A DNA stretch of 64,000 nucleotides, taken from NCBI GenBank assembly GCA_965223325.1, contig CBDCWI010000002.1:3232001-3296000 (forward strand), read 5' to 3'. Under the pieces are notes generated by a model, which worked only from the letters and a program-made list of their open reading frames with translations, made no database searches and was not told the DNA's origin. The position numbers were made by a program, and so were the translations under genes. The stretch comes from Candidatus Multivoradales bacterium. Its GTDB lineage: Bacteria; Acidobacteriota; Thermoanaerobaculia; Multivoradales; Multivoraceae. Below, piece by piece: positions 1-11,286 of the stretch (within the stretch, counting starts at the first letter, position 1; each line of letters opens with the position of its first letter).

Positions 1-257
1 AACCCCTCGACCTGCTCGAGGACCCCGGCAACCGACTGCCAATCCCCCTCGTAGAAGGCGTACTCGGTGTCGCACCAACGGCAACGCATCTGGCAGCCGG
101 TCAGCCGAACGAAAGTACAGGGCCATCCTGCCCAGCGCGATTCTCCCTGAATCGAGTGAAAGACCTCGCTGACCCGCAGGCGCTCCCGGGCCGGTCGGGC
201 GACAAGCGGATGGGCAGGGCGGAGCTTGGGCTCGGGACGGTTCCGGGATCGAGTCAT
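1..257 (-). CDS. queE: 7-carboxy-7-deazaguanine synthase QueE (radical SAM), 5' part; runs off the window edge
   Basis: Manual translation from ATG 257 gives MTRSRNRP...LRVSEVFHSIQGESRWAGWPCTFVRLTGCQMRCRWCDTEYAF, with the QueE SIQGE motif and CxxxCxxC. GGAGG lies upstream. Not in the ORF track. Confidence 0.92.
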   Translation of the reverse strand, partial: MTRSRNRPEPKLRPAHPLVARPARERLRVSEVFHSIQGESRWAGWPCTFVRLTGCQMRCRWCDTEYAFYEGDWQSVAGVLEQVEG

Positions 258-354
258 CGGTCTTTGGCCCTCCGCCGCCGGTGCCCATCCAGTTTCTTCG
301 GGGGCGCGGAATGAATAGAGAGCGGGTGGCGTTGTATCAGGTGAGCGGACAAGA

Positions 355-537
355 GGAATCGGGCCCGCTCGTCGGGGGTCCCTCGGCCGCAACCGTCCTC
401 TTCCTCCCATTGCTGGACGGCTGCTGATTCTACGACTCCTCGTCGCGGAACACCGCGGACCCCAGTGAGGCAATCTCCGCCCGATTCCATCCCAGACCCT
501 GCGTCGCTCCTCCCTCCGCGACGCAGGGTTCTTTTTT
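355..537 (+). ncRNA. Candidate structured small RNA between queE and acnA
   Basis: Perfect 10-bp long-range pairing GGAATCGGGC(355-364)/GCCCGATTCC(479-488), inner pairing GGGGTCC/GGACCCC, CU-rich hairpin loops, and a + strand terminator although both flanking genes are on the - strand. Confidence 0.45.
496..537 (+). terminator. Intrinsic terminator (+ orientation, possibly bidirectional)
   Basis: 12-bp stem ACCCTGCGTCGC/GCGACGCAGGGT, loop TCCTCCCTCC, followed by TCTTTTTT. Confidence 0.8.
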
Positions 538-565
538 CCCGGTCCTAGCGAGCCCGGTGGGCTCC

Positions 566-3262
<2,697 letters not shown>

Positions 3263-3468
3263 GGCGTCTCCTGAGGTCTTTGGCAGCCTGGAGTCCGGAG
3301 CCCGGAACGGCTGGAGATCGAGTTGAACCGCGCTCCGCGGCGATCTGAAACCAGGATCAGCGAAGACGGGCTAATGCGCGAGGAGCTTGGTGAGCAGAAC
3401 GCAGCGAGGGAGCCCGGAGGATAACGCAAGGGCAGCCCTCCTACCGGTTCAGGGCCCGTCCCCTCAGC

Positions 3469-3474
3469 TACAAT
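3469..3474 (+). promoter_or_regulatory. -10 box TACAAT, probable leaderless start
   Basis: TACAAT lies 6 nt before ATG 3481 and there is no SD. Confidence 0.5.
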
Positions 3475-3480
3475 TTCGTC

Positions 3481-4074
3481 ATGGAGCACTCGCTCACCGC
3501 GCCCACCCTATTGCTGGCAATGCCCCAGGTTCTGGACCCTTTCTTCCACAAGAGCATCGTCTTGTTGATGGCGCACGACGACGACGGCAGCCTCGGCCTG
3601 GTGGTCAACCGGCCCACGGATCTGACGGTTCACGACGTGCTCGAAGACCTCGAAATGCCGTGGAGTGGCGACCCCAACGCGCTGGTCTGGGTCGGTGGTC
3701 CAGTCAGACCGCAGGTCGGAACGGTCTTGTTTCGCGACCGCAGCAAGGCGCAAGAAGTCCCCGCTACAGCCTCTGAGGAAACCACCGGTACGGAGGTCCT
3801 ACCCGGCCTCAAGCTGACCCAACAGATCTCCGAACTCGAAAGACTCGCTCAGCATCCACCCGACGGTCTACGTTTGATTCTGGGTTACGCCGGCTGGTCC
3901 GAAGGCCAGCTGCTCGAAGAAGTCATGCGCAACGACTGGCTGACAGCACCGGTTGACCTCGATCTCGTCTTCAACATGTCGCCGGCCGAAGCGTGGGAGT
4001 GTGGACTCCGCTCTGTTGGTGTGGACCCCGCCACATTGCCGTCATGGACCGCCCCGAGCGGGCCCGCCAACTGA
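3481..4074 (+). CDS. YqgE/AlgH family protein (DUF179)
   Basis: Motifs LLLAMP..DPFF..SIVLL, GLVVNRP, GGPV and LGYAGWSEGQL..E...NDW. Confidence 0.92.
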   Translation: MEHSLTAPTLLLAMPQVLDPFFHKSIVLLMAHDDDGSLGLVVNRPTDLTVHDVLEDLEMPWSGDPNALVWVGGPVRPQVGTVLFRDRSKAQEVPATASEETTGTEVLPGLKLTQQISELERLAQHPPDGLRLILGYAGWSEGQLLEEVMRNDWLTAPVDLDLVFNMSPAEAWECGLRSVGVDPATLPSWTAPSGPAN

Positions 4075-4080
4075 ACGGCG

Positions 4081-4506
4081 ATGCCCGATTTTCAGCACTC
4101 AGCGGGGGGCCTGGTGGTCCGCAACACCGAGGAAGTGCTGTTGATCTCGACCCAGAACGGCTCGCGCTGGCAGCTGCCCAAGGGCCACGTCGAAGGCGAA
4201 GAGACGCCGGAACAAACGGCGGTGCGCGAGATCCAGGAAGAGACCGGGGTCACCGGCCGCGTGCTCGAGGCGATCGGGATGGTCGAGTACGACTTCAAGA
4301 GCCATCATGGGCGACCGATTCGCAAACGGGTCGACTACTTCCTGCTCGACTACGAAAGCGGAACGACTCGCGACTTCGATCCTTCGGAAGTGTCCGGTGC
4401 GCGCTGGTTCGCTTGGTCCGAGGCTCTCGAGCGTCTGACATTCGACAACGAACGCGCCCTCGTACAGAGCACCTTCCTGCGCAACTTCGAAGCCGAGCTT
4501 CCCTAG
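4081..4506 (+). CDS. Nudix hydrolase (Ap4A hydrolase-like)
   Basis: Nudix box LPKGHVEGEETPEQTAVREIQEETG. Confidence 0.92.
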   Translation: MPDFQHSAGGLVVRNTEEVLLISTQNGSRWQLPKGHVEGEETPEQTAVREIQEETGVTGRVLEAIGMVEYDFKSHHGRPIRKRVDYFLLDYESGTTRDFDPSEVSGARWFAWSEALERLTFDNERALVQSTFLRNFEAELP

Positions 4507-4513
4507 ATCCGCG

Positions 4514-4897
4514 ATGGCTACGCCCAGAAGCCGTGCGCCGCTCACATGTCTCGCAGTCCTCTGCATCGTTGCACTGGGCGCTGGTCTCACCGGCTGCTAC
4601 ACCCCACCCGATCCCCGTCCGCTGTGGGCCGAGCACTGCGCCAAGTGCCACGGGCCTGATGGCCGCGGCGACCCTCGCCGCGCACACACCGATCCAGGGC
4701 TCGACCTATCACGATCACCCATGGTCGCCGCCAAGGCCAACGGCCGCATCTACACAATCATCAAATCAGGCGCGCCCGCCATGCCGGGCTACGCCCACAA
4801 ACTCGAGTACGAAGAACTGGACGCCTTGACGGCCTTTGTGCTCGCGATCGAGCAGCAGACCCCACCCGAAGACACAGGATCAGGAGACCAGCCGTGA
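4514..4897 (+). CDS. Monoheme c-type cytochrome lipoprotein
   Basis: Lipobox LTGC, heme-binding CAKCH and a distal Met in AMPGY. Confidence 0.85.
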   Translation: MATPRSRAPLTCLAVLCIVALGAGLTGCYTPPDPRPLWAEHCAKCHGPDGRGDPRRAHTDPGLDLSRSPMVAAKANGRIYTIIKSGAPAMPGYAHKLEYEELDALTAFVLAIEQQTPPEDTGSGDQP

Positions 4898-5097
4898 ACG
4901 CCGAGAAATTCAAAGAGGCCTACGCACGTCTGCAGGCACTGGACGACAAGACCTACAGAGTCCGGCCGCGTAGCGGTGGTCTGACACGGCCGAGCATCGA
5001 GCAACTGGAGGAGAAGATGCACGAGCTCGCCGACTACACGATCGATCTCAAAGAGATCGTCGACGACCTGTTCCAGGCAATCGCTGCACCCAGCTAG
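4894..5097 (+). CDS. Small coiled-coil hypothetical protein
   Basis: 67 aa with GTGA overlap, GGAG SD and GC3-biased codons. Confidence 0.75.
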   Translation: MNAEKFKEAYARLQALDDKTYRVRPRSGGLTRPSIEQLEEKMHELADYTIDLKEIVDDLFQAIAAPS

Positions 5098-5112
5098 CCA
5101 GCGAGTGTGAGG

Positions 5113-5616
5113 CTAGCGACTACCGGTCGACCCGTAGCCCCCGCTGCCGCGCTCGGTTTCGCGAGTCACAACGCCCTCGCTCACCAACACCATCGGAACC
5201 GGCGCCAGGAGAAGCTGAGCCACACGATTGCCTCGCTCGACCTCGAACGGCTGGTCACCGTGGTTGATCAAGAGCACCGAGACTTCGCCGCGATAGTCAC
5301 TGTCGATGGTGCCCGGAGCGTTGAGCACCGTCACGCCATGACGCAGTGCCAACCCGCTACGTGGACGAACCTGGCCCTCCCAGCCCTCGGGAATGGCGAA
5401 GACCAATCCGGTGGGCACCAGTCGACGTTCACCCGGGCCAATGACCAGCGTTTCATCGACGGCTGCCCGCAGGTCGAGACCCGCCGAGCCCGAGGTCGCG
5501 ACCTCGGGAAGCGGCACTCCTTCTGCATGCGCCAGTCGCTCGATTTCGAGTTGGACGGTGCAGCGGGGTAGAGAGACCTCGGAGCGGGCAGAGACGGCGA
5601 CCGGTGAAGTGTTCAT
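5113..5616 (-). CDS. dut: dUTP diphosphatase
   Basis: Motifs [28 protein letters not shown] and [10 protein letters not shown]. Start placed at ATG 5616, 7 nt after TATATT. Confidence 0.95.
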   Translation of the reverse strand: MNTSPVAVSARSEVSLPRCTVQLEIERLAHAEGVPLPEVATSGSAGLDLRAAVDETLVIGPGERRLVPTGLVFAIPEGWEGQVRPRSGLALRHGVTVLNAPGTIDSDYRGEVSVLLINHGDQPFEVERGNRVAQLLLAPVPMVLVSEGVVTRETERGSGGYGSTGSR

Positions 5617-5644
5617 TGCCGCCAATATAGCCTCTACTCAGACG

Positions 5645-6676
5645 CTAGTTGTTGCGCCGGCGAGGCGGCCGCGGAGATGGGAGGCGCGGCTGGCGCGGAC
5701 GATCTCCGTCGTCGTTGCGGCCGACGTCCGGTCGGTCGCCGCGCCGATCGCCGAATCGACTGCCACTCTGGTCGCGATCGCTTCCCAACCCGCCTCGATT
5801 GCCGAGACCGCGACCGCCGCCGAGCTCCTGCCCCTGGCCACCACCAGGGCCGCTTCCCTGTTCGATCTGCGGCTCCAGGCCTTCAGGGAAGGGACGCCAG
5901 AAAACGCCACTGTTCGGCCGCGGCATCGGCTTGTCGGCGCCGAGAATGATGGGCTGCGGCACGATGTCGGCACGGAAGTGCCACTTCTCGTAGTTCGTTT
6001 CGCCGAGAAAAACGCGGATGCTGTCGCCTTCGACAGCCGGGTAGACGCCAATGATCGGTCCGGAGGTGCGCGACTCTCGTCGGCGACCGAAGACATCGCG
6101 TTCATCGCTCGGCGGTACCGCAACGACCGACGAGCCGCGCCGCTGTGAGGGTGCTTGACCAAATTCACCGCTGCGAGTCCCCGGTCCCGAGGGCACTTCG
6201 GAGCGACGGTCGCCGCTCGCGGATTGACCCTGACCCGGGCGGCGGGCCTCTGGGTTTCGCCCACCGCGGCGTCCCTGACCAGGCCGGGAACCAGGAGCAC
6301 CGGCACTGGTCTGGAGCAACACACCCCAGGCGCCGTCTTCGTTCATCGGGTTGGGAAAGAGCTGGCGAATGGCGCGGGGCTCTATTTCGACGAGTTCGTC
6401 GAGGGTGTTGGGGAAACGACCGTTGCGCAACTGGAATACGCGCACCGCCTCCGCGTATTGCATGCCGCGAAAGATCGTCTCGACCTCTTTCTCACGTTGA
6501 ATGACAGTCGACCAGCGCTCGAACCCTGCCGCCAGGAGAAGGTTGGCCACGGTAACCAACATCAAGAGAATGACGAGGTTGTAGCCTTCCTCGCCGCGAC
6601 GGCGAATGACCTCTGGGTCGGGAGCGACCTCGGGCCTTCCGCCCGGCATGAAGTTGCGCGTAAACACGGCTACCAA
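5645..6676 (-). CDS. Type II secretion/pilin-like protein (atypical pseudopilin) with Gly/Arg/Pro-rich insert and tail
   Basis: Class III-like signal EEG/YNLVILLMLV without E5, plus a QREKEVE..FRG.QY..A...F...GRFP..L.EL pseudopilin pattern. Start could be 6649. Confidence 0.75.
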   Translation of the reverse strand: MVAVFTRNFMPGGRPEVAPDPEVIRRRGEEGYNLVILLMLVTVANLLLAAGFERWSTVIQREKEVETIFRGMQYAEAVRVFQLRNGRFPNTLDELVEIEPRAIRQLFPNPMNEDGAWGVLLQTSAGAPGSRPGQGRRGGRNPEARRPGQGQSASGDRRSEVPSGPGTRSGEFGQAPSQRRGSSVVAVPPSDERDVFGRRRESRTSGPIIGVYPAVEGDSIRVFLGETNYEKWHFRADIVPQPIILGADKPMPRPNSGVFWRPFPEGLEPQIEQGSGPGGGQGQELGGGRGLGNRGGLGSDRDQSGSRFGDRRGDRPDVGRNDDGDRPRQPRLPSPRPPRRRNN

Positions 6677-7212
6677 TCCGAATAGAACGTCTCGCCGTTG
6701 AGCTCACGGTCCTCCGACAGCGAATAGACATCCCATATCCCCGGGGCGCCACTCTCATCGACATCGGTCTCGGCGGGAATCTCTTCCGAGTCGTACTCTT
6801 CGTACACAACCCCCCACTCGTCCGTGCCGGTGAATGGATCGCGCGGCAACGCCCTCAGATAGCCCTCTTCGACCAGCGCATCGAGCGTGCTCGGGTAGTG
6901 ACCCTTGTCGGCGTAGTGCTGATCGAGCAGGTCGCGCAGGGTGTGCAGAGTCGACTTGAGCGTCGCTTCTTTGGCCTTCCTGGGCACGTTGCGCATCGCC
7001 GGCATGGCTGCCGCGGCAAGAATGCCGATGATCGCGATCACAATGATCAGCTCCAACAAGGTGAAGCCCTGCTGGCCGGGACGACGGCTGCGAGCCAGGG
7101 TGAACCAGCCGGCTGCACCGGGCGAGGAGGGTGAAGGTGTCGTTCCGCTCTTCGGACGCTTCGCTTCTGGAACTTCGTGGACGAAAATCTCGAGCGCTGT
7201 GCCTTCCATCAT
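6670..7212 (-). CDS. Pseudopilin, GspG-like
   Basis: QQG/FTLLELIIVIAII and DKGHYPSTLDALVEEGYLRALPRDPFTG. Start placed at ATG 7212, just after the upstream stop. Confidence 0.88.
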   Translation of the reverse strand: MMEGTALEIFVHEVPEAKRPKSGTTPSPSSPGAAGWFTLARSRRPGQQGFTLLELIIVIAIIGILAAAAMPAMRNVPRKAKEATLKSTLHTLRDLLDQHYADKGHYPSTLDALVEEGYLRALPRDPFTGTDEWGVVYEEYDSEEIPAETDVDESGAPGIWDVYSLSEDRELNGETFYSDW

Positions 7213-7216
7213 CAGA

Positions 7217-7717
7217 TCACCAGGTCTCGTACGGCGTGCCATCAAGCGCCGTTCCTTCAGAAAGTGAATAGACGTCAAAGACATTCTCGCCACCCCAGGA
7301 CGTCGAGTCGGGTTCGTCGCGAACGCTACGCAGGCCCCACTCCTCCTCGCCGGTCATCGGGTCGACCGGAATGCGCCTCAAGAAGCGCACCTGGCGGTCG
7401 ACCTGTCCGACGACATCGACAGGCTCGATCAGGGTCTCGAGCTCGGCGGGGTAACCCTCTGAGCCAAGCTCGAGGGGAATCAACCCGGCATCGCTATAGC
7501 GCTTGTACTCGTCGATGGCGTTGCGCATGGTGCGCAGGTGATGGCGCAGTTCCATCTCCTTCGTACGCTTGACCGAGAACTTGGCCACCGGAACAGCGGC
7601 CATGGTAATGATGCCGAGCACGGCGATCACCACGACCAGCTCAATCAGCGTCGTGCCACGCTCAGAGCGTCGCGATCGAAAGCTCGGGCCACTCGCCCGC
7701 TGGGCCAAAGAGGTCAT
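7217..7717 (-). CDS. Pseudopilin, GspG-like
   Basis: ERG/TTLIELVVV and FLRRIPVDPMTG. The DVYSLSE..ALDG..Y..W tail is shared with the neighbouring pseudopilin. Confidence 0.88.
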   Translation of the reverse strand: MTSLAQRASGPSFRSRRSERGTTLIELVVVIAVLGIITMAAVPVAKFSVKRTKEMELRHHLRTMRNAIDEYKRYSDAGLIPLELGSEGYPAELETLIEPVDVVGQVDRQVRFLRRIPVDPMTGEEEWGLRSVRDEPDSTSWGGENVFDVYSLSEGTALDGTPYETW

Positions 7718-10491
7718 CGGAGGGCTCGATCCGCCGTGGGTTGGTTCTCGGCCGAGCTGCCGGGTAAGAGCGCACCGACCTGGCCGCGACTCCGAGACTT
7801 GGGGGTTTTGGGTTCAACTCCACCGATCTCGAGAGCGAGCGGCGCCACCGAAACCCCCTGATACTCCGCGAGCGTTTCGTCGAGGACCTTCAGCTCACTG
7901 AGCCCGAGCTCGGTTGGTCCCGGCGCCAGCGTTCTGAAACGCAACGTCACAATCGCACCCGATCCGGCGACACCCGGCACATCGCCGAGCCGACTGGCGC
8001 CGACCAGCACCCGACCGGGCCGTGAAGTATCGAAGAGGACCTCGTTGGAAGCGCCGAAGAAGCCCCCATCCGAGACCTCGAGCGGCTCCAAGCGTCGCGG
8101 ATCGTACTCGAGGGTAAAGGGCACATGGGAGAGCGGGGAACGCGCGTTGACGCGCAACTCGACCGTCACTTCGTCGCCAACGGTGATCGCCTGGGCCTGA
8201 CTGACGAGGTTGAGCGTGATGTCTTGACCGGGGTTCGGTGGCACGGGCGGAGGATCGATCGGCCCCGGCGGGTCGAAGATGCCGTCTTCGGGCCGCGGCT
8301 CAAGTGCCTGACCGGCAACCGACTGACGGTCTGCCTGAGGTCGGGTGAGCTCGCGTTCCGCGAGATCGCCCTCGCGTCGCGTCTTTTGCTCGCCCTTCTC
8401 GTTCTCCTGTTCCTGCGGCCCCGCTTCCCACACGCTGGCCAGCTCGGCGCCATTCTCTTCTGCGAAGCCCTGCACCCAGCCCGGCCCCAGGGCGAAGGCG
8501 ATGCCGCCGTCATCGACCGGGCCGAGGTCACTCATCATGCGAGGCGGCTCGCCGTCGGACTCGTCGTCGTCATCGTCACGATCGAAAGGTGACGAGCGCG
8601 GTGACTGGGGAACCAGATCGGTCCCCGACGGTGGTGCCTGCTGCTCCTCCTGCTCGTTTTCCTGACCGTTGCGAAGGCCGCGCGGTAGCTGTTGCAGGCG
8701 GCGACGCATGCGCTCTTGAGCGTCATCGACCTCGCCGCGCGGCTCATCGTCGAAGGGCCCCTGGACGTCCGACTCGATGCGCGGCGAACCGCCCGAGAAC
8801 GTCAAGTTGGCTTCGGTACCGACCCAGATCGGCGTGAGGTCCTCTTCGGTGATGTCGGCACGCCGCACGATGTGGGGGGTCAACGTCAAGACGATGTCTG
8901 AACGCTGCGCCTGAGTGCGCTTGCTGCTGAACAGGCGCCCGAGGAGCGGAATCTCTGACAGGCCCGGCACGCCGTTCTCAGACTCCGTATCGTCCTGGCG
9001 CAAGAGACCGGCCAGGAAGTTCGTCTCGCCGTCCTTCAGGCGAATGGTGGTTTCGATGTTGCGCGTACCGATGATGGGCTGGTTGTCGATGTTGCCGGCG
9101 ATATTCGAAACCTCGACCGAGATCGAGAGTGAAATCTCTTCGTTGTGATGCACCCGGGGTTCGACCTCGATGATGATGCCGACGTCTTGATACTGGAACG
9201 ATGTGATCGGGACGACGTTCGAGCCGACAGTGTTTGCGGTGTTGAAGCTGGTCACTGGAACCGGAACACGGTCGCCGATTCGAAGTCTTGCCCGCTCACC
9301 TTCGCTGATCCGCAGCTGCGGCTTGGCCAGGGTCTGCGCTTCAGTCTGTTCGCGAAGAAAGTCGAATACGAAGCCCGGAATCGTCACCGACCAGTCGTTC
9401 TCGTTGAGGAACTCGAGGTCCGAGAAGCGCAGCGAGCTGTCTTCCCCGCCGGTGTTGACCGACCAACCAACGCTGTACTGACTCATCGACAAGCCGAGGT
9501 CGCGGAGAGCGTTGGTGCTGAGCTCGATCAACTCAACGTCGACGACCACCTCGGCCTTGGCTTTGTCGTTCTGCTGAATGATGCGCTCGGCGATCTTCAC
9601 CTTGTCGGCGGTGTCACGAAGAATGATCGCATTGAGCTTCTCGTTCGATGCGATCTTGCGGGAGTCGACCAGCGAGCGGAGCATCGCCATGACGTCTTTG
9701 ACGTCCGAGTTGGAAAGAAAGAAGGTCTGAATGATGAGGTCTTCGTAGTTCCGCCGATTCTGTGGCGTGTCGGCAACCACGATGATCGAGTGCTCATCGA
9801 GCACCTTGTAGAAGTGGCCGGCGGTGCGCATCAAAATCTCGAGCGCGTCCTGCGCCGTGACTTCACGCAAAGTGATCGAGACCTCCTGGTCGCGCAGCTT
9901 GGGATCGAAGAGCACATTGATGCCGAACGCCTTGCCGAGGGCCTGGTAGATCTTCTGAATCGACACCGGCTCGGGGAAGTCGAGGTCGATGGGCTCGTTG
10001 GAGCGCGGGTTGAGGACCGGCGGCAGGCCGGTCGAGCCCGACGTGCGCGACTTGATCTCGGCCAACGTCTCGCGGCTTTCACCGCGGCGCTGCGCCTCGA
10101 TTTGTTCGCGCACCTTGCGTAGCTCGGCTTGCGCGTACTGGTTGGTGGGGTCGAGCTGCACAGCTTTCTGGAGCTCGATCATCGCCTGGCGCAAGAGGCC
10201 AGCGTCGAGCTGCTCTTTCGCCTTGTCGAAGTGCTCGTGCGAGGCCGCGCTCTTGGCACGCACGAGGGCGGTGCGGTAGCGCAGGTCTTTGGGGTTGCGG
10301 CTGACCAACTCCATGTACTCGAGGACCGCCTGATCCCAGTCGCCCTCCGTCTCGGCAACCTGGGCGTTGCGGTAGCTGCGGTAGCCGGAGCATGCAGACA
10401 CCAACAGCCCGCAGACCAGTAGGAGGGCGACCGTGGCGCCTTTCCCGGGGACCTCTGCGCGCTTCGGGGAGTCCTGATCGACTCGGTTCAT
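7714..10491 (-). CDS. Secretin (GspD-like) lipoprotein with N-terminal TPRs and C-terminal cohesin-like domain
   Basis: Lipobox LLVSAC, TPR-like helices and secretin motifs (YQDVGIIIEVEPRVH, LKDGETNFLAGL, VPGLSEIPLLGRLF, LTLTPHIVR). An acidic/Pro linker leads to a beta-rich domain (VGDEVTVEL..FTLEYDP..GSGAIVTLRF). Alternative start 10512. Confidence 0.9.
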   Translation of the reverse strand: MNRVDQDSPKRAEVPGKGATVALLLVCGLLVSACSGYRSYRNAQVAETEGDWDQAVLEYMELVSRNPKDLRYRTALVRAKSAASHEHFDKAKEQLDAGLLRQAMIELQKAVQLDPTNQYAQAELRKVREQIEAQRRGESRETLAEIKSRTSGSTGLPPVLNPRSNEPIDLDFPEPVSIQKIYQALGKAFGINVLFDPKLRDQEVSITLREVTAQDALEILMRTAGHFYKVLDEHSIIVVADTPQNRRNYEDLIIQTFFLSNSDVKDVMAMLRSLVDSRKIASNEKLNAIILRDTADKVKIAERIIQQNDKAKAEVVVDVELIELSTNALRDLGLSMSQYSVGWSVNTGGEDSSLRFSDLEFLNENDWSVTIPGFVFDFLREQTEAQTLAKPQLRISEGERARLRIGDRVPVPVTSFNTANTVGSNVVPITSFQYQDVGIIIEVEPRVHHNEEISLSISVEVSNIAGNIDNQPIIGTRNIETTIRLKDGETNFLAGLLRQDDTESENGVPGLSEIPLLGRLFSSKRTQAQRSDIVLTLTPHIVRRADITEEDLTPIWVGTEANLTFSGGSPRIESDVQGPFDDEPRGEVDDAQERMRRRLQQLPRGLRNGQENEQEEQQAPPSGTDLVPQSPRSSPFDRDDDDDESDGEPPRMMSDLGPVDDGGIAFALGPGWVQGFAEENGAELASVWEAGPQEQENEKGEQKTRREGDLAERELTRPQADRQSVAGQALEPRPEDGIFDPPGPIDPPPVPPNPGQDITLNLVSQAQAITVGDEVTVELRVNARSPLSHVPFTLEYDPRRLEPLEVSDGGFFGASNEVLFDTSRPGRVLVGASRLGDVPGVAGSGAIVTLRFRTLAPGPTELGLSELKVLDETLAEYQGVSVAPLALEIGGVEPKTPKSRSRGQVGALLPGSSAENQPTADRALR

Positions 10492-10638
10492 GTGGCTGTT
10501 CCTATGGTGCATGGTGTTGTCTGCTTTGAAATCGTTGTCTGCCGTTTCGGCCGCGTACTCATCGAGTCCCGCGCGGAGCGCTTCTGCCTGTCTTACGGAC
10601 GAGGTCGTGGCTCCGTCCTCGGCTGCGCCTTGAATCGT

Positions 10639-11286
10639 TCATCTGCCGCCCACTGCCAAGCGCTCGGGCTCCGCCTCGGGGAATCGCACCCAACCCACGC
10701 TGACCGACTCCAGGCCGACCTCGCGCACGATGAATTCTTCCTTGACTACTGAACCTGGTGGGGCGTTGTAAAGCACATCTTCGGGGTCTGAGAAAACCGC
10801 GATCGGTGCAGCCTGGGGTCCGAAACTCCCCAGGTAGCGCAGATCGATCGGTGGTGGCGTCGGTTTGGGGGGCTCTCGAGGCTGTTCCGGGGGACTTTCG
10901 ACCCGTGGTTGCCGGGGTGGCGGCGGCTTCGGGTCGACGCGCGGTGGCGGCGGCTGCCGCACGACCCGACGTGGTGCGTAGCGCCAGGGATTGCGACCAG
11001 GCGAGAACTCACTCGGCGAACCCTCGAGAGCCTCGAGGCGCAGGGCCAGGACCTCTCCGGGTCGACTCTCGGTGGCACCACGAGTGCGCGACGTGCGGCG
11101 CGTACGAGTGCGCGCCGGGCCCTCGACACCGTCGATGGCGGCGGCGACCTCGGCCCGGGAGCCGCCAGTGGCAGCCTCAACTGGGGGTGCTGGGGCTTCG
11201 CCGCCCAGGAGATAGCGCCCAACGAAAACCAAGAGCACGACCCCCAGACCGAGGAGAAGCAACTGCTCGCGCGGCTTGAGCTTCAT
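10639..11286 (-). CDS. PilP/GspC-position membrane-anchored Pro-rich protein
   Basis: N-terminal TM, GRNPWRY motif, poly-Pro linker and a C-terminal small beta domain (LRYLGSFG). Lies between PilO and the secretin. Confidence 0.65.
   Translation of the reverse strand: MKLKPREQLLLLGLGVVLLVFVGRYLLGGEAPAPPVEAATGGSRAEVAAAIDGVEGPARTRTRRTSRTRGATESRPGEVLALRLEALEGSPSEFSPGRNPWRYAPRRVVRQPPPPRVDPKPPPPRQPRVESPPEQPREPPKPTPPPIDLRYLGSFGPQAAPIAVFSDPEDVLYNAPPGSVVKEEFIVREVGLESVSVGWVRFPEAEPERLAVGGR

Noticed and set aside
254-490. 78-aa ORF between queE and acnA
   Set aside because: It has no recognisable motif and coincides with extensive RNA-like pairing, so it is better explained as non-coding. It does end in an ATGA overlap with queE, so it is not fully excluded.
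258-565. preQ1 riboswitch, 6S, SRP or RNase P RNA upstream of queE
   Set aside because: No preQ1 stem with A-rich tail, no SRP GGAA-loop motif, too short for RNase P, and multibranched rather than a 6S-like rod.
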